Source of the DNA: Nitrososphaerota archaeon
GTDB lineage: Archaea > Thermoproteota > Nitrososphaeria_A > Caldarchaeales > Calditenuaceae
Length of the DNA: 64,000 nucleotides
Assembly: GCA_038845265.1 (NCBI GenBank)
Contig: JAWBQR010000001.1
Coordinates: 38,055-102,054, forward strand
Direction: 5' to 3'
The translations under genes were made by a program, and so were the position numbers. The notes below the pieces were generated by a model. That model saw nothing but the letters and a program-made list of their open reading frames with translations. It made no database searches and was not told the origin of the DNA. Within the stretch, counting starts at the first letter, position 1. The number at the start of each line of letters is the position of its first letter. Below, piece by piece: positions 31,683 through 42,738 of this stretch.

Positions 31683-31730
31683 ACACTAAAACTATTATAA
31701 CATTTATTAATAAAGTCATGCAAATAACAG

Positions 31731-32474
31731 ATGTCAGAAATGCTTGATATAAGGAGTTTATCAGTTAAGGTAAACGGAAAACTTATTCTGAAAAACATTA
31801 ATTTAAAGATCAAAGAGGGAGAGATACACGCGCTACTAGGTCCAAATGCTTCAGGAAAATCATCCCTAGCTTATGCTATAATGGGATTAACTGACTATGA
31901 AATAACACATGGCGAAATACTGTTTAAAGGAACAAATATTACCCATTTACCAATAGAAGAAAGAGTAAAGCTAGGAATTGCGTTGGCCTTTCAGAACCCA
32001 CCGGCCATAAAAAATGTTAAGCTCTCACTACTTCTTAAAAGAATTTCGAAGGAAAAACCAGCGACACTACCATCTTTTCTGAAGGAACTATCAGTGACTT
32101 CTAGTTTTCTTGAGAGAGAGATAAATGTTGGTTTTTCTGGTGGGGAGAAAAAAATTTCAGAATTGTTGCAGATTTTGTGCTTAAAACCTCAATTTGTTAT
32201 CCTTGACGAAATAGACTCTGGACTCGACATCATTAATCTCAATAAATTAATGAAGATAATCCAAGAGAGGTTAATCGATAATGGTGTCTCGATACTTGCA
32301 ATTACACATAGGGGAGATATCCTTCAATTCTTAAATCCAGACTTAACGCATGTCATGCTAAATGGCGAAATAGTATGCTCAGCTAGAGATTGGAGAAAAC
32401 CATGGGAAACAATTGTGAGGTGTGGCTATGAAAAATGTGAAGAATGCAAAGAGCGCGAATTACTTACAGATTGA
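31731..32474 (+). CDS. sufC: Fe-S cluster assembly ATPase SufC
   Basis: Walker A GPNASGKSS, the ABC signature FSGGEKK and a Walker B ILDEIDSGLD. Confidence 0.85.
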   Translation: MSEMLDIRSLSVKVNGKLILKNINLKIKEGEIHALLGPNASGKSSLAYAIMGLTDYEITHGEILFKGTNITHLPIEERVKLGIALAFQNPPAIKNVKLSLLLKRISKEKPATLPSFLKELSVTSSFLEREINVGFSGGEKKISELLQILCLKPQFVILDEIDSGLDIINLNKLMKIIQERLIDNGVSILAITHRGDILQFLNPDLTHVMLNGEIVCSARDWRKPWETIVRCGYEKCEECKERELLTD

Positions 32475-33354
32475 TCACATAATTAAGAAATTACTATCTG
32501 AAGAAGGGGTGATTCTTAGACCGAGTCCGGAGGCCTATGAAGAATTTGAAGATATTCGAAGATATCTGGATCAAAAACCAGAAGAGGGTTATATGATTTG
32601 GATAAAGAAGCAGATAAAGCATCCTATAAATACATGTATAGCAATTTCTTCACCAAAAATCCATCAACGACTCAATAACATAGTTATCGTTGAAAGTGGC
32701 ATTGAGGCTGAAATGTATAGTATCTGCAATGCCGTAAAACCTGTTTTATGTGGTGTTCATGAAGGTTATACTAAGATAATACTTAAAGAAAATGCGTCAC
32801 TTAAACTGAGGCATTTTCATAAGTGGGGTATTGGAGATGAAGTAATAACTACATCCGAGTTTATCCTAGAAAATGGAGCAACATTGCACAGTTCATATAA
32901 GTGCATCAGTCCATTGAAAAAATTGGAAGTAGGAAGCTTAGCTGTGCTAAATTCTAGGGCATCAGCAAATTTTGAGGTCTCAATAATGGCTAAAAATGAA
33001 GAAGCAAACATAGATGAAACTATGATTCTTGAGGGTGACAACTCAAATGGAATAATAAAATTAAGAATGATATCTGACAGCAATGCAAGAATAATGTCTC
33101 GAAGCAAGATAATAGCTAATGGTGCCGGTAGAGGACATATTGATTGTATGGGACTATTATTATCTAATGATTCGATTATCAGCTCAGTTCCAGAAATATT
33201 TACAAAGAATAAGGGAGCAACTCTAACTCATGAAGCGTCAATAGGAAAAATCTCGGAAACGGAAATAAATTATCTGCGTAGCAGAGGGTTAACAGAAGAA
33301 GAGGCAATTAATCTAATAGTTACTGGATTTTTAGGAGAAGCATTAATTCATTAA
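32422..33354 (+). CDS. SufB/SufD-family Fe-S assembly protein (short form). The start is probably at an internal Met.
   Basis: A C-terminal beta-helix SufBD signature (GRGHIDCMGLLLSNDSIISSVPEIF...THEASIGKISE). It follows sufC. Confidence 0.6.
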   Translation: MAMKNVKNAKSANYLQIDHIIKKLLSEEGVILRPSPEAYEEFEDIRRYLDQKPEEGYMIWIKKQIKHPINTCIAISSPKIHQRLNNIVIVESGIEAEMYSICNAVKPVLCGVHEGYTKIILKENASLKLRHFHKWGIGDEVITTSEFILENGATLHSSYKCISPLKKLEVGSLAVLNSRASANFEVSIMAKNEEANIDETMILEGDNSNGIIKLRMISDSNARIMSRSKIIANGAGRGHIDCMGLLLSNDSIISSVPEIFTKNKGATLTHEASIGKISETEINYLRSRGLTEEEAINLIVTGFLGEALIH

Positions 33355-33371
33355 ATCAATTATGGAGTTCC

Positions 33372-34784
33372 TTACACATCGAAGTATAGATAAAATTCAT
33401 ACGGATGAGGCATACTGTAAACTTGGAGATGCATGTTTTTCTCAATGTCGATTATCGTCTCTATTAACTCAGACGTAAATACCGGTTTTAAAAACTCATT
33501 GTCTGACTCTAATTCTTCAACTGCCTCCATTAAACTGATTGGGAGCTGCTTAATTCCGTATTCACGTCTAACTTCAGGTGTAAGGTGATAGATGTCTGCG
33601 TCAACTGGGTCGCCTGGATCTATTTTCTTTTTGATACCATCCATTCCCGCCATGAGTATAGCAGCAAAGGCCAAGTATGGATTGCATGAAGAATCAGGAG
33701 CTCTAAATTCTACTCTCTTGGAGCTTGGCTTGCCGATGTGATAAACAGGTATTCTTATGATTGCTGATCTATTAGACCTACTCCATGCGATGTATACTGG
33801 GGCCTCAAATCCTGGTATAAGTCTTTTGTAAGAATTTGTCGTTGGACAAACTATCGCTGTTAGTGCACGACTGTGTTCAATCAACCCTCCTACATAGTAT
33901 CTCCCGATCTGACTTAGCTCGGCATACTTGTCCTCTGGGTCATAAAATAAGTTTTCTCCTCCTGACCAAAGACTAGAGTGAACATGCATTCCAGATGCAT
34001 TATCTAAGTAAACAGGCTTAGGCATAAACGTGGCTATTAATCCATGTTTTTTTGCTACATTTTTAACGACATATTTGCATGTCTGAGTATTATCAGCCAT
34101 CTTTGTGAGAGTGCTATACGTCATGTCGATCTCACACTGTCCTGCAGTGGCTACTTCATGGTGATGGGAATCCACCCTTATCCCATAATAATCCTTGAGG
34201 ATAAGGGCGCATTCATTCCTGAAATCCATCAATGTATCCTGCGGCCTTGTTGGATAATATCCCTCCTTAAATCTGATTGGATAAGAATCTGAGCTCCAAG
34301 CTGCCTCAACAGAACTTATTTCATACGACATTCCCCTGTAAGGCATCGACACATCCCAATTAGCCTTATTGAAAACAAAGAACTCAATTTCTGGTCCCCA
34401 ATACGACTTATCAAAGCCCTGCTCCTCAATGTATTTCTCGGCTTTTTGTGCGATCCATCTAGGATCTTTTGTGAATCTACCTTTTCCATATGAGAAGTAT
34501 AGGTCGCATAGAATCCTGATTGTTTTAAACCCGCTGAATGGATCAAGAGCGATAGTTGAGCAATCAGGCATTAAGACCATATCTGACTCTTGGATGCCGA
34601 CGAATCCCCTAATGGACGAGCCATCGAGCTTGGGAAAACCACTCTCAAAGTATTCTCCGTCCATTTCATCTAGCATAACAGTTACGTGCTGAAGCTTACC
34701 TAGAATATCTGTGAACTGGAGATCGATAAATTTTGCACCAAATGACTCTACTATTTCTTTAATTTTATATGGATCGTCTTTCAT
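33372..34784 (-). CDS. glnA: Glutamine synthetase type I
   Basis: GS beta-grasp and catalytic motifs (GPEIEFF, HHHEVATAGQCEI, NAS-GMHVHSS). Confidence 0.9.
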   Translation of the reverse strand: MKDDPYKIKEIVESFGAKFIDLQFTDILGKLQHVTVMLDEMDGEYFESGFPKLDGSSIRGFVGIQESDMVLMPDCSTIALDPFSGFKTIRILCDLYFSYGKGRFTKDPRWIAQKAEKYIEEQGFDKSYWGPEIEFFVFNKANWDVSMPYRGMSYEISSVEAAWSSDSYPIRFKEGYYPTRPQDTLMDFRNECALILKDYYGIRVDSHHHEVATAGQCEIDMTYSTLTKMADNTQTCKYVVKNVAKKHGLIATFMPKPVYLDNASGMHVHSSLWSGGENLFYDPEDKYAELSQIGRYYVGGLIEHSRALTAIVCPTTNSYKRLIPGFEAPVYIAWSRSNRSAIIRIPVYHIGKPSSKRVEFRAPDSSCNPYLAFAAILMAGMDGIKKKIDPGDPVDADIYHLTPEVRREYGIKQLPISLMEAVEELESDNEFLKPVFTSELIETIIDIEKNMHLQVYSMPHPYEFYLYFDV

Positions 34785-34980
34785 CTAATCACTACTAGCG
34801 AATGAGCCGGAGGAAGGACTATATAACTTTACCATGTATTGTTCGAAAAATAAAACAAAAATATGAGTTATATCAATACAATATTTACTACTATTTTAAA
34901 ATTTTTTAAACCCTTTACAGCATATATTTGTTGTTAAGAGAAATACTAGAGTATAAATTTTTAAACTAGCCTGAATCATC

Positions 34981-35649
34981 GTGAAGATTTATACAAAAAC
35001 GCCACAAATAGCTATATGTATTCTATTAATGTTATTCTTTCTGCTCTTCAGCATCTGGGGCCACGGATCAGGATTAACTGGGAGTAATCTCTTAATGAAC
35101 AATTTAGTGAGAATAGAATTTGAAGTATTTTTAATTAATAATAACGATAAAATTGAACCGGTAAAAGATGCTTTAGTAGTTGTAGGTTCAAAACACAATA
35201 TAACTGGTGAGTCAGGCAGGACGTCAATAATGATTAGTCCCGGCTCATATAGTAGTTATGTAAAGCTCGCTGATATAAAATTAGCACCATATACAGATAA
35301 ATTAATTATTACTAAAAATAGCAAAATTGTCGTCACTTTCTTAATAACTAAGCTATATCCAAATAAATTCTCGGTTGAATCAAATGAAAACTTCACCATA
35401 GTGAGATTAACCATGAATATAAAAGAGAGATATCGAGCATATATCTCCGATCCAGTATTAACACTCATTAGAAATAATGGCACAGTAATTATGGTGACAG
35501 CCGGCCCTAACGGGCTTGGATATTTTACAGATAGAATAACTCCTAATAGACCTTACGAGATTGTAGTTAAACTTAATGGAGCCATTTCATATATTGATCC
35601 TCAGTCGAGCTACATTCCGCTAGAAATAATAAGTGTCACAAAATCTTGA
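34981..35649 (+). CDS. Hypothetical secreted/membrane-anchored protein
   Basis: An N-terminal hydrophobic signal/anchor (IAICILLMLFFLLFSIWG). The remainder looks beta-rich and contains no recognised motifs. Confidence 0.35.
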   Translation: MKIYTKTPQIAICILLMLFFLLFSIWGHGSGLTGSNLLMNNLVRIEFEVFLINNNDKIEPVKDALVVVGSKHNITGESGRTSIMISPGSYSSYVKLADIKLAPYTDKLIITKNSKIVVTFLITKLYPNKFSVESNENFTIVRLTMNIKERYRAYISDPVLTLIRNNGTVIMVTAGPNGLGYFTDRITPNRPYEIVVKLNGAISYIDPQSSYIPLEIISVTKS

Positions 35650-35655
35650 CGATCA

Positions 35656-36360
35656 TTATTTATCATAATGCTCAATAGCTGCTTTACACATAGAGAACAA
35701 AAGTCCATACCGATCCTTCGATTTTATAAATGCAGAAGTAAGCAAGACCCCATCTACACCTAAATCAAAAGCTTTTGAAACATCAGTTTCATCAGATATT
35801 CCGGCACCACATAGTACAGGAAGATTTATAGACAATTCCTTTACCATTTCAATAGTCTTTGTAATGATTTCGGGTTTCGCCTTTGATACGCTGATACCTG
35901 TTCCTATTAACTCTGGTGATTCGATTGCTAAAAAATCTGGCCTAAGAACTGCTCCAGCGACTGAGGAGGAAGGTGTGTCGGTGCAAAGAATAGAGACCAT
36001 TTCCATTGCTCTAAGATCTCCTATAATCTTTGCAGCATCCGTTAGCAATAGTTTCTTTTCTGAGTGATTTAGTAAACTACCAACGCCACCTGCCTCTTTA
36101 ACGGCGTATGCAGTAATATGCCCCGTATAATTCCCCGGATCTTCAGCATCGACATGCTGAGCCAAAACTGGAATCTTTGTCTTTCTTGATATTCTATATA
36201 TGTCTGTTGGCTGAGCCGCAACTGCAATCGTTACACCAGTATCTCTGCTCACTTGCTCGGCTATTAATGCCAAGTTTTCAGCTTGCTGACCAGTCGTTTC
36301 CTTGTGACTCTTAAAATTTAGTATGATTAACGGTGTCTTGAGTTTCATAACCGCTATCAC
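35656..36360 (-). CDS. tpiA: Triosephosphate isomerase (archaeal short form)
   Basis: IILNFKSHKE, LLNHSE and GAGIS motifs. It is about 230 aa. Confidence 0.85.
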   Translation of the reverse strand: MIAVMKLKTPLIILNFKSHKETTGQQAENLALIAEQVSRDTGVTIAVAAQPTDIYRISRKTKIPVLAQHVDAEDPGNYTGHITAYAVKEAGGVGSLLNHSEKKLLLTDAAKIIGDLRAMEMVSILCTDTPSSSVAGAVLRPDFLAIESPELIGTGISVSKAKPEIITKTIEMVKELSINLPVLCGAGISDETDVSKAFDLGVDGVLLTSAFIKSKDRYGLLFSMCKAAIEHYDK

Positions 36361-36456
36361 GATTCATAAATAATAATTCTCTTTAAAATAACTTCTTCGT
36401 CTCACATTATACAGTAGAGTAGAAACATTTTAATATGGTAGAAAATAGTTATCAGA

Positions 36457-37848
36457 GTGATTATGAATCAACGAACATTAGTTAATCCATTCATACCTCA
36501 TAATGAAGAGGAAATTGCTGAAATGATGCAGACCATAGGAATTAAGTCGTTAGAAGAGCTTTTTAGCGATATTCCCAGGGAATACATTATTACTGAAGAA
36601 CCAGAGTTTGAAGGACCATTGTCTGAGAAGGAGATGATAAATCAAATCTTTAGAATAGCTTCCAAAAATTTGACTTTTCCAAAGCTGCAACTACACATTG
36701 GCCAAGGCGCATATCTTAGGTACGTCCCAGCAGCGGTCAAAGAAGTATTGCGAAGAAGTGAATTCCTAACTTCTTATACACCGTATCAACCTGAAGCATC
36801 ACAAGGCATCCTTACAGCTCTTTTTGAATATCAAAGCCTGATGGCTGAGCTGCTCGGACTGGAGATTGTTAACTCTTCGATGTATGATTGGTCCACTGCA
36901 CTGGGCGAGGCTTGCAGGATGACCATTAGATTAACCGGGAAAAAGAAGATTTTAGTCGGAAGATATACTTTCAAGCAGAGGTTAGAGACACTCTCTACTT
37001 ATATTGAGCCTATAAGTGGCGTTGTTAGAGAAATAGGATATACTCCGGATGGGAGGCTCAACATTGACGAGCTAGAACAAAATTTGAACGACACCGCAGC
37101 ACTGTATGTTGAGTATCCTAATAGTTTGGGATTCATAACACAAAATCTTGATGAGTTGGCAGATATTGTACATCGTAAAGGTGCATATTTAATTACAGGT
37201 GTTGAACCAACAGTTTTAGGAATTATTAAATCACCTGGAGAGCTTGGAGCAGATATTGCAGTAGGCGAGGGACAGTCGCTCGGACTTCCATTATCATTTG
37301 GAGGACCGTCGCTCGGAATCTTCGCATGTAGGGACGATCCGAAAATGCTTAGGAATATGCCTGGAAGATTAATAGGGATGACTGAAGATGTCCAAGGAAC
37401 AAGGAGATGTTTCACGATGGTTCTCCAGACTAGAGAGCAACATATCAAGAGAGAAAAAGCTACATCGAATATCTGCACCAATCAAGCATTAATGGCCATT
37501 GGAGTAGCTGCTTATTTGGCATTATTAGGAAAAAAAGGATTGAGAGAGCTAGCCGAGTATATCTTTGCATTGACTGATTACGCGATTAAAAGATTCTCTG
37601 AGCTTGATTTTGTTAAGGTTCCTCTCGCTGGTCTCCCACATTACCAAGAATTTGCCTACACAGTTAGAGGATTAGCGGCCCATGAAGTACTTAGTAAACT
37701 GCTGAAAAAGGGGATAGTTGGTGGATTTAATATTAGTGAGATTTATCCAGAATTCCGAGAGGCCATAGTTACTTGTTTCACAGAAGTTCATGATAATAAA
37801 TCTGTGGAGAACTACGTCGCCGCGCTTAGTGAGGTGTTGCCAAAATGA
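36457..37848 (+). CDS. gcvPA: Glycine dehydrogenase (decarboxylating) subunit 1
   Basis: A split-P-protein N-terminal subunit signature, upstream of gcvPB. Confidence 0.9.
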   Translation: MIMNQRTLVNPFIPHNEEEIAEMMQTIGIKSLEELFSDIPREYIITEEPEFEGPLSEKEMINQIFRIASKNLTFPKLQLHIGQGAYLRYVPAAVKEVLRRSEFLTSYTPYQPEASQGILTALFEYQSLMAELLGLEIVNSSMYDWSTALGEACRMTIRLTGKKKILVGRYTFKQRLETLSTYIEPISGVVREIGYTPDGRLNIDELEQNLNDTAALYVEYPNSLGFITQNLDELADIVHRKGAYLITGVEPTVLGIIKSPGELGADIAVGEGQSLGLPLSFGGPSLGIFACRDDPKMLRNMPGRLIGMTEDVQGTRRCFTMVLQTREQHIKREKATSNICTNQALMAIGVAAYLALLGKKGLRELAEYIFALTDYAIKRFSELDFVKVPLAGLPHYQEFAYTVRGLAAHEVLSKLLKKGIVGGFNISEIYPEFREAIVTCFTEVHDNKSVENYVAALSEVLPK

Positions 37849-39389
37849 ATAATGAGTTTAGACAGGCAAGATGGGCTGAACCACTACTGTTTGAGATTAC
37901 TAGGAAAAATGCAGGGAATTATAGCACGGTGAGTTGGAACGACATTCTAATTAGTTCTAAAAATAGGGCAATCAGCAATCTTCCTAAAAACCTATTGAGG
38001 GGCACATTTAACCTTCCTGAGGTCTCTGAGGTGGAAGTAATTCGTCATTTCACCAGACTCAGTCAAATGAATTACAGTGTCTCAACTGGTTTTTATCCGC
38101 TTGGAAGCTGTACGATGAAGTATAATCCAGTGGGAAATGAAGAGGCTGTTACGATTAATGAATTAATGAATGCTCATCCATTACAGGATCCATCAACTGT
38201 TCAGGGATGCCTTGAAATACTCTATAGGTTGGAGAAAATGCTCTGCTCAGTAACTGGGATGGATAGATTTTCATTTGCTCCTGCAGCTGGCGCACACGGT
38301 GAATTTGCAGGATGCCTCATAATGAGAAAATATCATCTTGATAAGGGAGAAAAACGTAGCGTAGTCATTGTTCCAGACTCTGCGCACGGCACAAATCCAG
38401 CTTCAGCCTCAATGGCTGGATTTGAGGTTGAAGAAGTAGAGTCCGATGAGCATGGATTGGTCAATGTTGAGAGGCTGAAAGAGATGATGGGCGAGGACGT
38501 AGCTGGATTAATGTTAACAAATCCAAATACACTGGGACTATTTGAAAGAAGGATTAAGGAGATAGTTGAGATTGTCCGTTCCTATGACGGGCTACTCTAC
38601 TATGATGGAGCAAATCTTAATGCAATAGCAGGGATAGCCAGGCCTGGAGACATGGGATTTGATATCGTTCACCTAAATCTCCATAAAACATTTTCAACGC
38701 CTCACGGCGGCGGAGGCCCTGGGTCAGGACCAGTCGGCGTAAAAGACAGATTAATAAAGTATTTACCTCCGCCCTTAATATCATATTCTCCCGAAAGAGG
38801 TTACTACTTTGAGCCAGAAGGCAAGGAATCAATAGGCCGAATCAGAGCATTTCACGGAAACTTCCTAGTATGCGTAAAGGCATACGCTTATTTGCTAAGA
38901 CTTGGATGGAGGGGTCTTAAGGAGGCATCCGAAATAGCTGTACTAACCTCCAATTACCTTCTCTCAAAGATAAAAACCATTGAGAAAGTAACATTGCCCT
39001 ATGACTCATCCGTTCCGAGGAAGCATGAATTTGTGATTAGTCTTAAAAAATTGCTGAAGGAAACGAGCGTCTCCGCCAAGGATGTTGCTAAAAGATTATT
39101 AGATTATGGTTTCCACGCACCTACGATCTATTTTCCATTAATAGTCGAAGAGGCCTTCATGATTGAGCCAACCGAGACAGAACCCAAGAGAGAACTCGAC
39201 AGATATGCGGACACTTTGAGAAAAATTATAAATGAGGCATATACTTCTGCAGAAAATGTAAAGAATGCACCTCAAAACACTTCTGTCAAAAGAGTAGACG
39301 AGGTAAAGGCAAATCATCCCCGCACACTTATACTTAGCTGGAAAATCTATACTAAGAAGATAGGCGTCAGTAATAATGGAGATGCCTAG
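37845..39389 (+). CDS. gcvPB: Glycine dehydrogenase (decarboxylating) subunit 2
   Basis: A PLP-lysine region (NLHKTFSTPHGGGGPG). Confidence 0.9.
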   Translation: MNNEFRQARWAEPLLFEITRKNAGNYSTVSWNDILISSKNRAISNLPKNLLRGTFNLPEVSEVEVIRHFTRLSQMNYSVSTGFYPLGSCTMKYNPVGNEEAVTINELMNAHPLQDPSTVQGCLEILYRLEKMLCSVTGMDRFSFAPAAGAHGEFAGCLIMRKYHLDKGEKRSVVIVPDSAHGTNPASASMAGFEVEEVESDEHGLVNVERLKEMMGEDVAGLMLTNPNTLGLFERRIKEIVEIVRSYDGLLYYDGANLNAIAGIARPGDMGFDIVHLNLHKTFSTPHGGGGPGSGPVGVKDRLIKYLPPPLISYSPERGYYFEPEGKESIGRIRAFHGNFLVCVKAYAYLLRLGWRGLKEASEIAVLTSNYLLSKIKTIEKVTLPYDSSVPRKHEFVISLKKLLKETSVSAKDVAKRLLDYGFHAPTIYFPLIVEEAFMIEPTETEPKRELDRYADTLRKIINEAYTSAENVKNAPQNTSVKRVDEVKANHPRTLILSWKIYTKKIGVSNNGDA

Positions 39390-39391
39390 CT

Positions 39392-40486
39392 ATGACCTTG
39401 AGAGAACCTGTATTATTTCCAATTCATGAAAAATCGGCTAAAGAGATAAGCGAATTTGAAGGATGGCGCACGCCTCTCTTTTACAGATCATTAAAAGATG
39501 AACACTATGCTGTTAGAAACCATGTAGGTGTCTTTGACGTAAGTCACATGAAGCGATCTTTAATTCGTGGAGCAGGAGCAGCAAAGTACCTCTCTGAAAT
39601 CTTAACTGTTGATGCATCCCGACTTAAAATAGGAAAAATGAAGTATTGCTTATTATTAAATGAGAAGGCCGGCATCATTGATGACGGCACGGTTTTAAGG
39701 ACAGGTGATGATGAATATCTTCTGACTACTAATGCTGCTACTGATTTAAAGGTTCATAATTGGATTAGGAGTTTTGCGCCGTCAACGGTGAATATTGAGG
39801 ACGTTACAGATAGCACGGTACTGCTAGCTATACAGGGTCCAAGAGCCATAGAATTAGTACCTAAGTTGCTTAACTACGATGTTAGTGGACTTAAGTGGTT
39901 TACTGGAACATTCTTAAAACACGTAGGAATCGATATCATAGTTACGAGAAGTGGATATACAGGTGAAGACGGGTTCGAGCTACTGATAAAGTCTGGTAAT
40001 TATCAAGAGGCTGGAAAAATATGGAATAACATAATATCTCTCGGCGCTGTTCCATGCGGTCTAGCTGCCCGAGATATTCTGAGACTGGAGGCGAGTTATC
40101 CACTATCACAAGTCGATTTTGATGACTCTACCACGCCAGTTGAGGCACGACTAGAGTGGGCAATACAGCTTGAGGGACATGAATTCGTAGGTAAAAAGGC
40201 GTTTGAAGAAATACTTCGAACATCTCCCATGAGATTCTTAGTAGGCATAGAACTTGAAGAACCCGGAGTACCAAGGAGAGGCATGGAAGTATTTGATGAC
40301 ACAAAAAAAGTCGGATACATAACTAGTGGAAACTTATCACCAACACTGAAAAAAGGGATAGCCCTAGGATATGTTACCAGCAAAGTTGCTGAGAAAGATC
40401 ATGTAATTAAAGTGAAAATAAAAGATGAGTACAGGGAAGCCAGGATAAAGCTTGGACCATTTATAAGCCTAAAAATACCAAGGTAG
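39392..40486 (+). CDS. gcvT: Aminomethyltransferase (glycine cleavage T protein)
   Basis: GcvT folate-binding signature (HVGVFDVSHM, GYTGEDGFEL). Confidence 0.9.
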   Translation: MTLREPVLFPIHEKSAKEISEFEGWRTPLFYRSLKDEHYAVRNHVGVFDVSHMKRSLIRGAGAAKYLSEILTVDASRLKIGKMKYCLLLNEKAGIIDDGTVLRTGDDEYLLTTNAATDLKVHNWIRSFAPSTVNIEDVTDSTVLLAIQGPRAIELVPKLLNYDVSGLKWFTGTFLKHVGIDIIVTRSGYTGEDGFELLIKSGNYQEAGKIWNNIISLGAVPCGLAARDILRLEASYPLSQVDFDDSTTPVEARLEWAIQLEGHEFVGKKAFEEILRTSPMRFLVGIELEEPGVPRRGMEVFDDTKKVGYITSGNLSPTLKKGIALGYVTSKVAEKDHVIKVKIKDEYREARIKLGPFISLKIPR

Positions 40487-40491
40487 CGTTC

Positions 40492-41844
40492 TTGAATAAA
40501 GAAGGTGAAATCTTACATAAAATTCTTCATAAAGTTGGATACGAAAAAAGAGGGGAGTTAGAGAAGAGGATTAATCAACTTATTAATGAAAATCCAAGAC
40601 TGTCAAGGCTCGGTGCTCTCTACCTAATCGGCGAAGAGCTCGGAATATTTGAACAGGTTGATTCTGTAGAATATACTGTGCCGATCGCTAAGCTTGTTGG
40701 GGGACTAAACAACGTTAATGTTCGCTGCAGAGTAATAGGAAAGAGAGGCCCATTCAAGACAGATAAGACTGAGTATGCATACTTGAGACTTGGGGATAAC
40801 TCTGGTGTAATCTCAGCAATAGCTTGGAATGAAGCACTAAAAAAGATAAAAGAAATGAATGTTGATGTAGGAGATGTAGTAATTATCAAAGATGCTTATA
40901 CGAGGGAAAGCATAAATGGAAAGACAGAGCTTCACTTAAATAAGACCACAGTCATTAAGAAGGACGAAGACTCAGATATTCAATCATTAGAAGCCTTTTT
41001 CAAAGAAGAATTGCCTTCAAACGAAAAAGAGTTTGAAGTAGACGTCAAGGCAAAAATATTGGGCCTCTCCGACGAACTCTCGATTTATTATCGAGGGGAA
41101 AAAATACCCTTGAGGGAAGCTTTACTATTGGTTACCGATAGATTAATCAGCACGACAGCATGGAGGGGTCAAGTTGAACTCTTCAAAGATGCATCACCGG
41201 GACAAACGGCATTAATTGCAGCTGCTAAGTACCAAAATAAAAAATTAATTATGACTTCTAAAACGTGTATAAAGTTCATTACTGACACACCCGAAGATGC
41301 CATACCTCCACTAGAGATAATTATCCTTGATAAATTAAATTTGAAGGACGAAGACTATATTTACATTGCCGCTTGTTCTAATTATATCCTTTTTGTTAAA
41401 CACCCCGACATTCAATTAGGACGGAGCTACATCGTAAAGAAATACGAACTAATCTACAGTAATAAAAGATGGTTGTTAATTCCGCAAGAACTGATTGAAA
41501 TACAGAAAAACTCAGCAGGGGGCGTCCAGCCTATTTATTCATTAAGCAGTCATTCAGATGATTTAACATATGTTTGCGTCGAAGGACGAGTCGAGTCGAA
41601 GACACCTCTAGCCTCCAAACAATTAAAAAACGGAGAAGAATTAGAGACTCTTAATTTTTGGCTAACAGATGGTGTTACAAATATTTATTGTAGGGCCTTT
41701 GGTAAAAGCGCATCCATAATTAATTATACACCAGAGAAATCTTTAATTCGACTTAAATGGGCCAGGGTAAGAAAGACCAAGTTCGGTTATATAGAATTAA
41801 TTGTGGATGATGCATCAAATATAGAGCTTATTAGGGAAGGTTAA
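40492..41844 (+). CDS. RPA-like single-stranded-DNA-binding protein with several OB folds, as inferred from sequence pattern
   Basis: There are repeated OB-fold-like segments (e.g. VNVRCRVIGKRGPFKTD...VISAIAWNE...GDVVIIKDAYTRESINGKTELHL), and at least three such modules. Confidence 0.4.
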   Translation: MNKEGEILHKILHKVGYEKRGELEKRINQLINENPRLSRLGALYLIGEELGIFEQVDSVEYTVPIAKLVGGLNNVNVRCRVIGKRGPFKTDKTEYAYLRLGDNSGVISAIAWNEALKKIKEMNVDVGDVVIIKDAYTRESINGKTELHLNKTTVIKKDEDSDIQSLEAFFKEELPSNEKEFEVDVKAKILGLSDELSIYYRGEKIPLREALLLVTDRLISTTAWRGQVELFKDASPGQTALIAAAKYQNKKLIMTSKTCIKFITDTPEDAIPPLEIIILDKLNLKDEDYIYIAACSNYILFVKHPDIQLGRSYIVKKYELIYSNKRWLLIPQELIEIQKNSAGGVQPIYSLSSHSDDLTYVCVEGRVESKTPLASKQLKNGEELETLNFWLTDGVTNIYCRAFGKSASIINYTPEKSLIRLKWARVRKTKFGYIELIVDDASNIELIREG

Positions 41845-42709
41845 CATCAGTAGAATCCTTTACATTTTTTACTGAGAAGTCGCCAAACTCCTGTGTGTCT
41901 TTTACTGTACGTTCTGTCTCAGGACTATATCTATATCCACTTAGTATCGAAGCTTGAGCACCTAGGTTGCGGAGCTCTAATACCCTCAAGGGCGGCCCAA
42001 TGCTTATTCCTTTATTCCTTATAATTTCAAAGGTATAGATCGTAGAGTCGGCGGGTGACCATCGCATCTTTCTTACATATAGAGTTCTTATTAGGCGTCC
42101 TCCAACTCTGACGAGACCAATGACGATTACTCCTGATGAGAGATATTCTTCGTATCCAAATCTGCTGAGCTTATTTGAGCCTGTCGGTATATCGCATGTG
42201 ATCACTGTGGTAGCGCCTATTCTTTCCTCTAAGAATAAAATTATCTCGCGAATATATTCGCGAACAGCGAATTCATCCCCTGCGCCAAATGCCATCGCCG
42301 AGATCGGGTCTAACACAATTCTAGAGACCTTTCCCCCTCTTGTCATTTTGACGATTGTGTCGATGTATGCTTTGCTATCTTTCCTGTATTTTCCTAAATC
42401 TTCAGAGTATATTCTTATCTCAAATGGGTAGAAGTGTCCTGCCTTGTAATAGCTCCAAAAATCCCACCCAAGCGTTAAGGCCCCATCAAGCACTGCGGAT
42501 ATTCTCTCGTCTAATGAGACATAAGCTACGTCTTCACCCTTTTGAAGACCATCCATCAAAAATTGCAAGCTCATTATTGTTTTGCCTACTCCTGTCTCGC
42601 CTGTAATTAGGTATGTCTTGCCACGTATAAAGCCGCCTCCTAGTATTCTGTCAAGCATCGGTATACCTGTAGAGACTCGTTCGATCAGCATTACATTAAT
42701 ACCATGCAT
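41831..42709 (-). CDS. KaiC/RadA-like single-domain RecA-superfamily ATPase
   Basis: GIPMLDRILGGGFIRGKTYLITGETGVGKT (Walker A) and VLDPIS (Walker B). Confidence 0.65.
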   Translation of the reverse strand: MHGINVMLIERVSTGIPMLDRILGGGFIRGKTYLITGETGVGKTIMSLQFLMDGLQKGEDVAYVSLDERISAVLDGALTLGWDFWSYYKAGHFYPFEIRIYSEDLGKYRKDSKAYIDTIVKMTRGGKVSRIVLDPISAMAFGAGDEFAVREYIREIILFLEERIGATTVITCDIPTGSNKLSRFGYEEYLSSGVIVIGLVRVGGRLIRTLYVRKMRWSPADSTIYTFEIIRNKGISIGPPLRVLELRNLGAQASILSGYRYSPETERTVKDTQEFGDFSVKNVKDSTDVNLP

Positions 42710-42738
42710 AAGGATTATTTAAGTAAAACCTTAATTCA

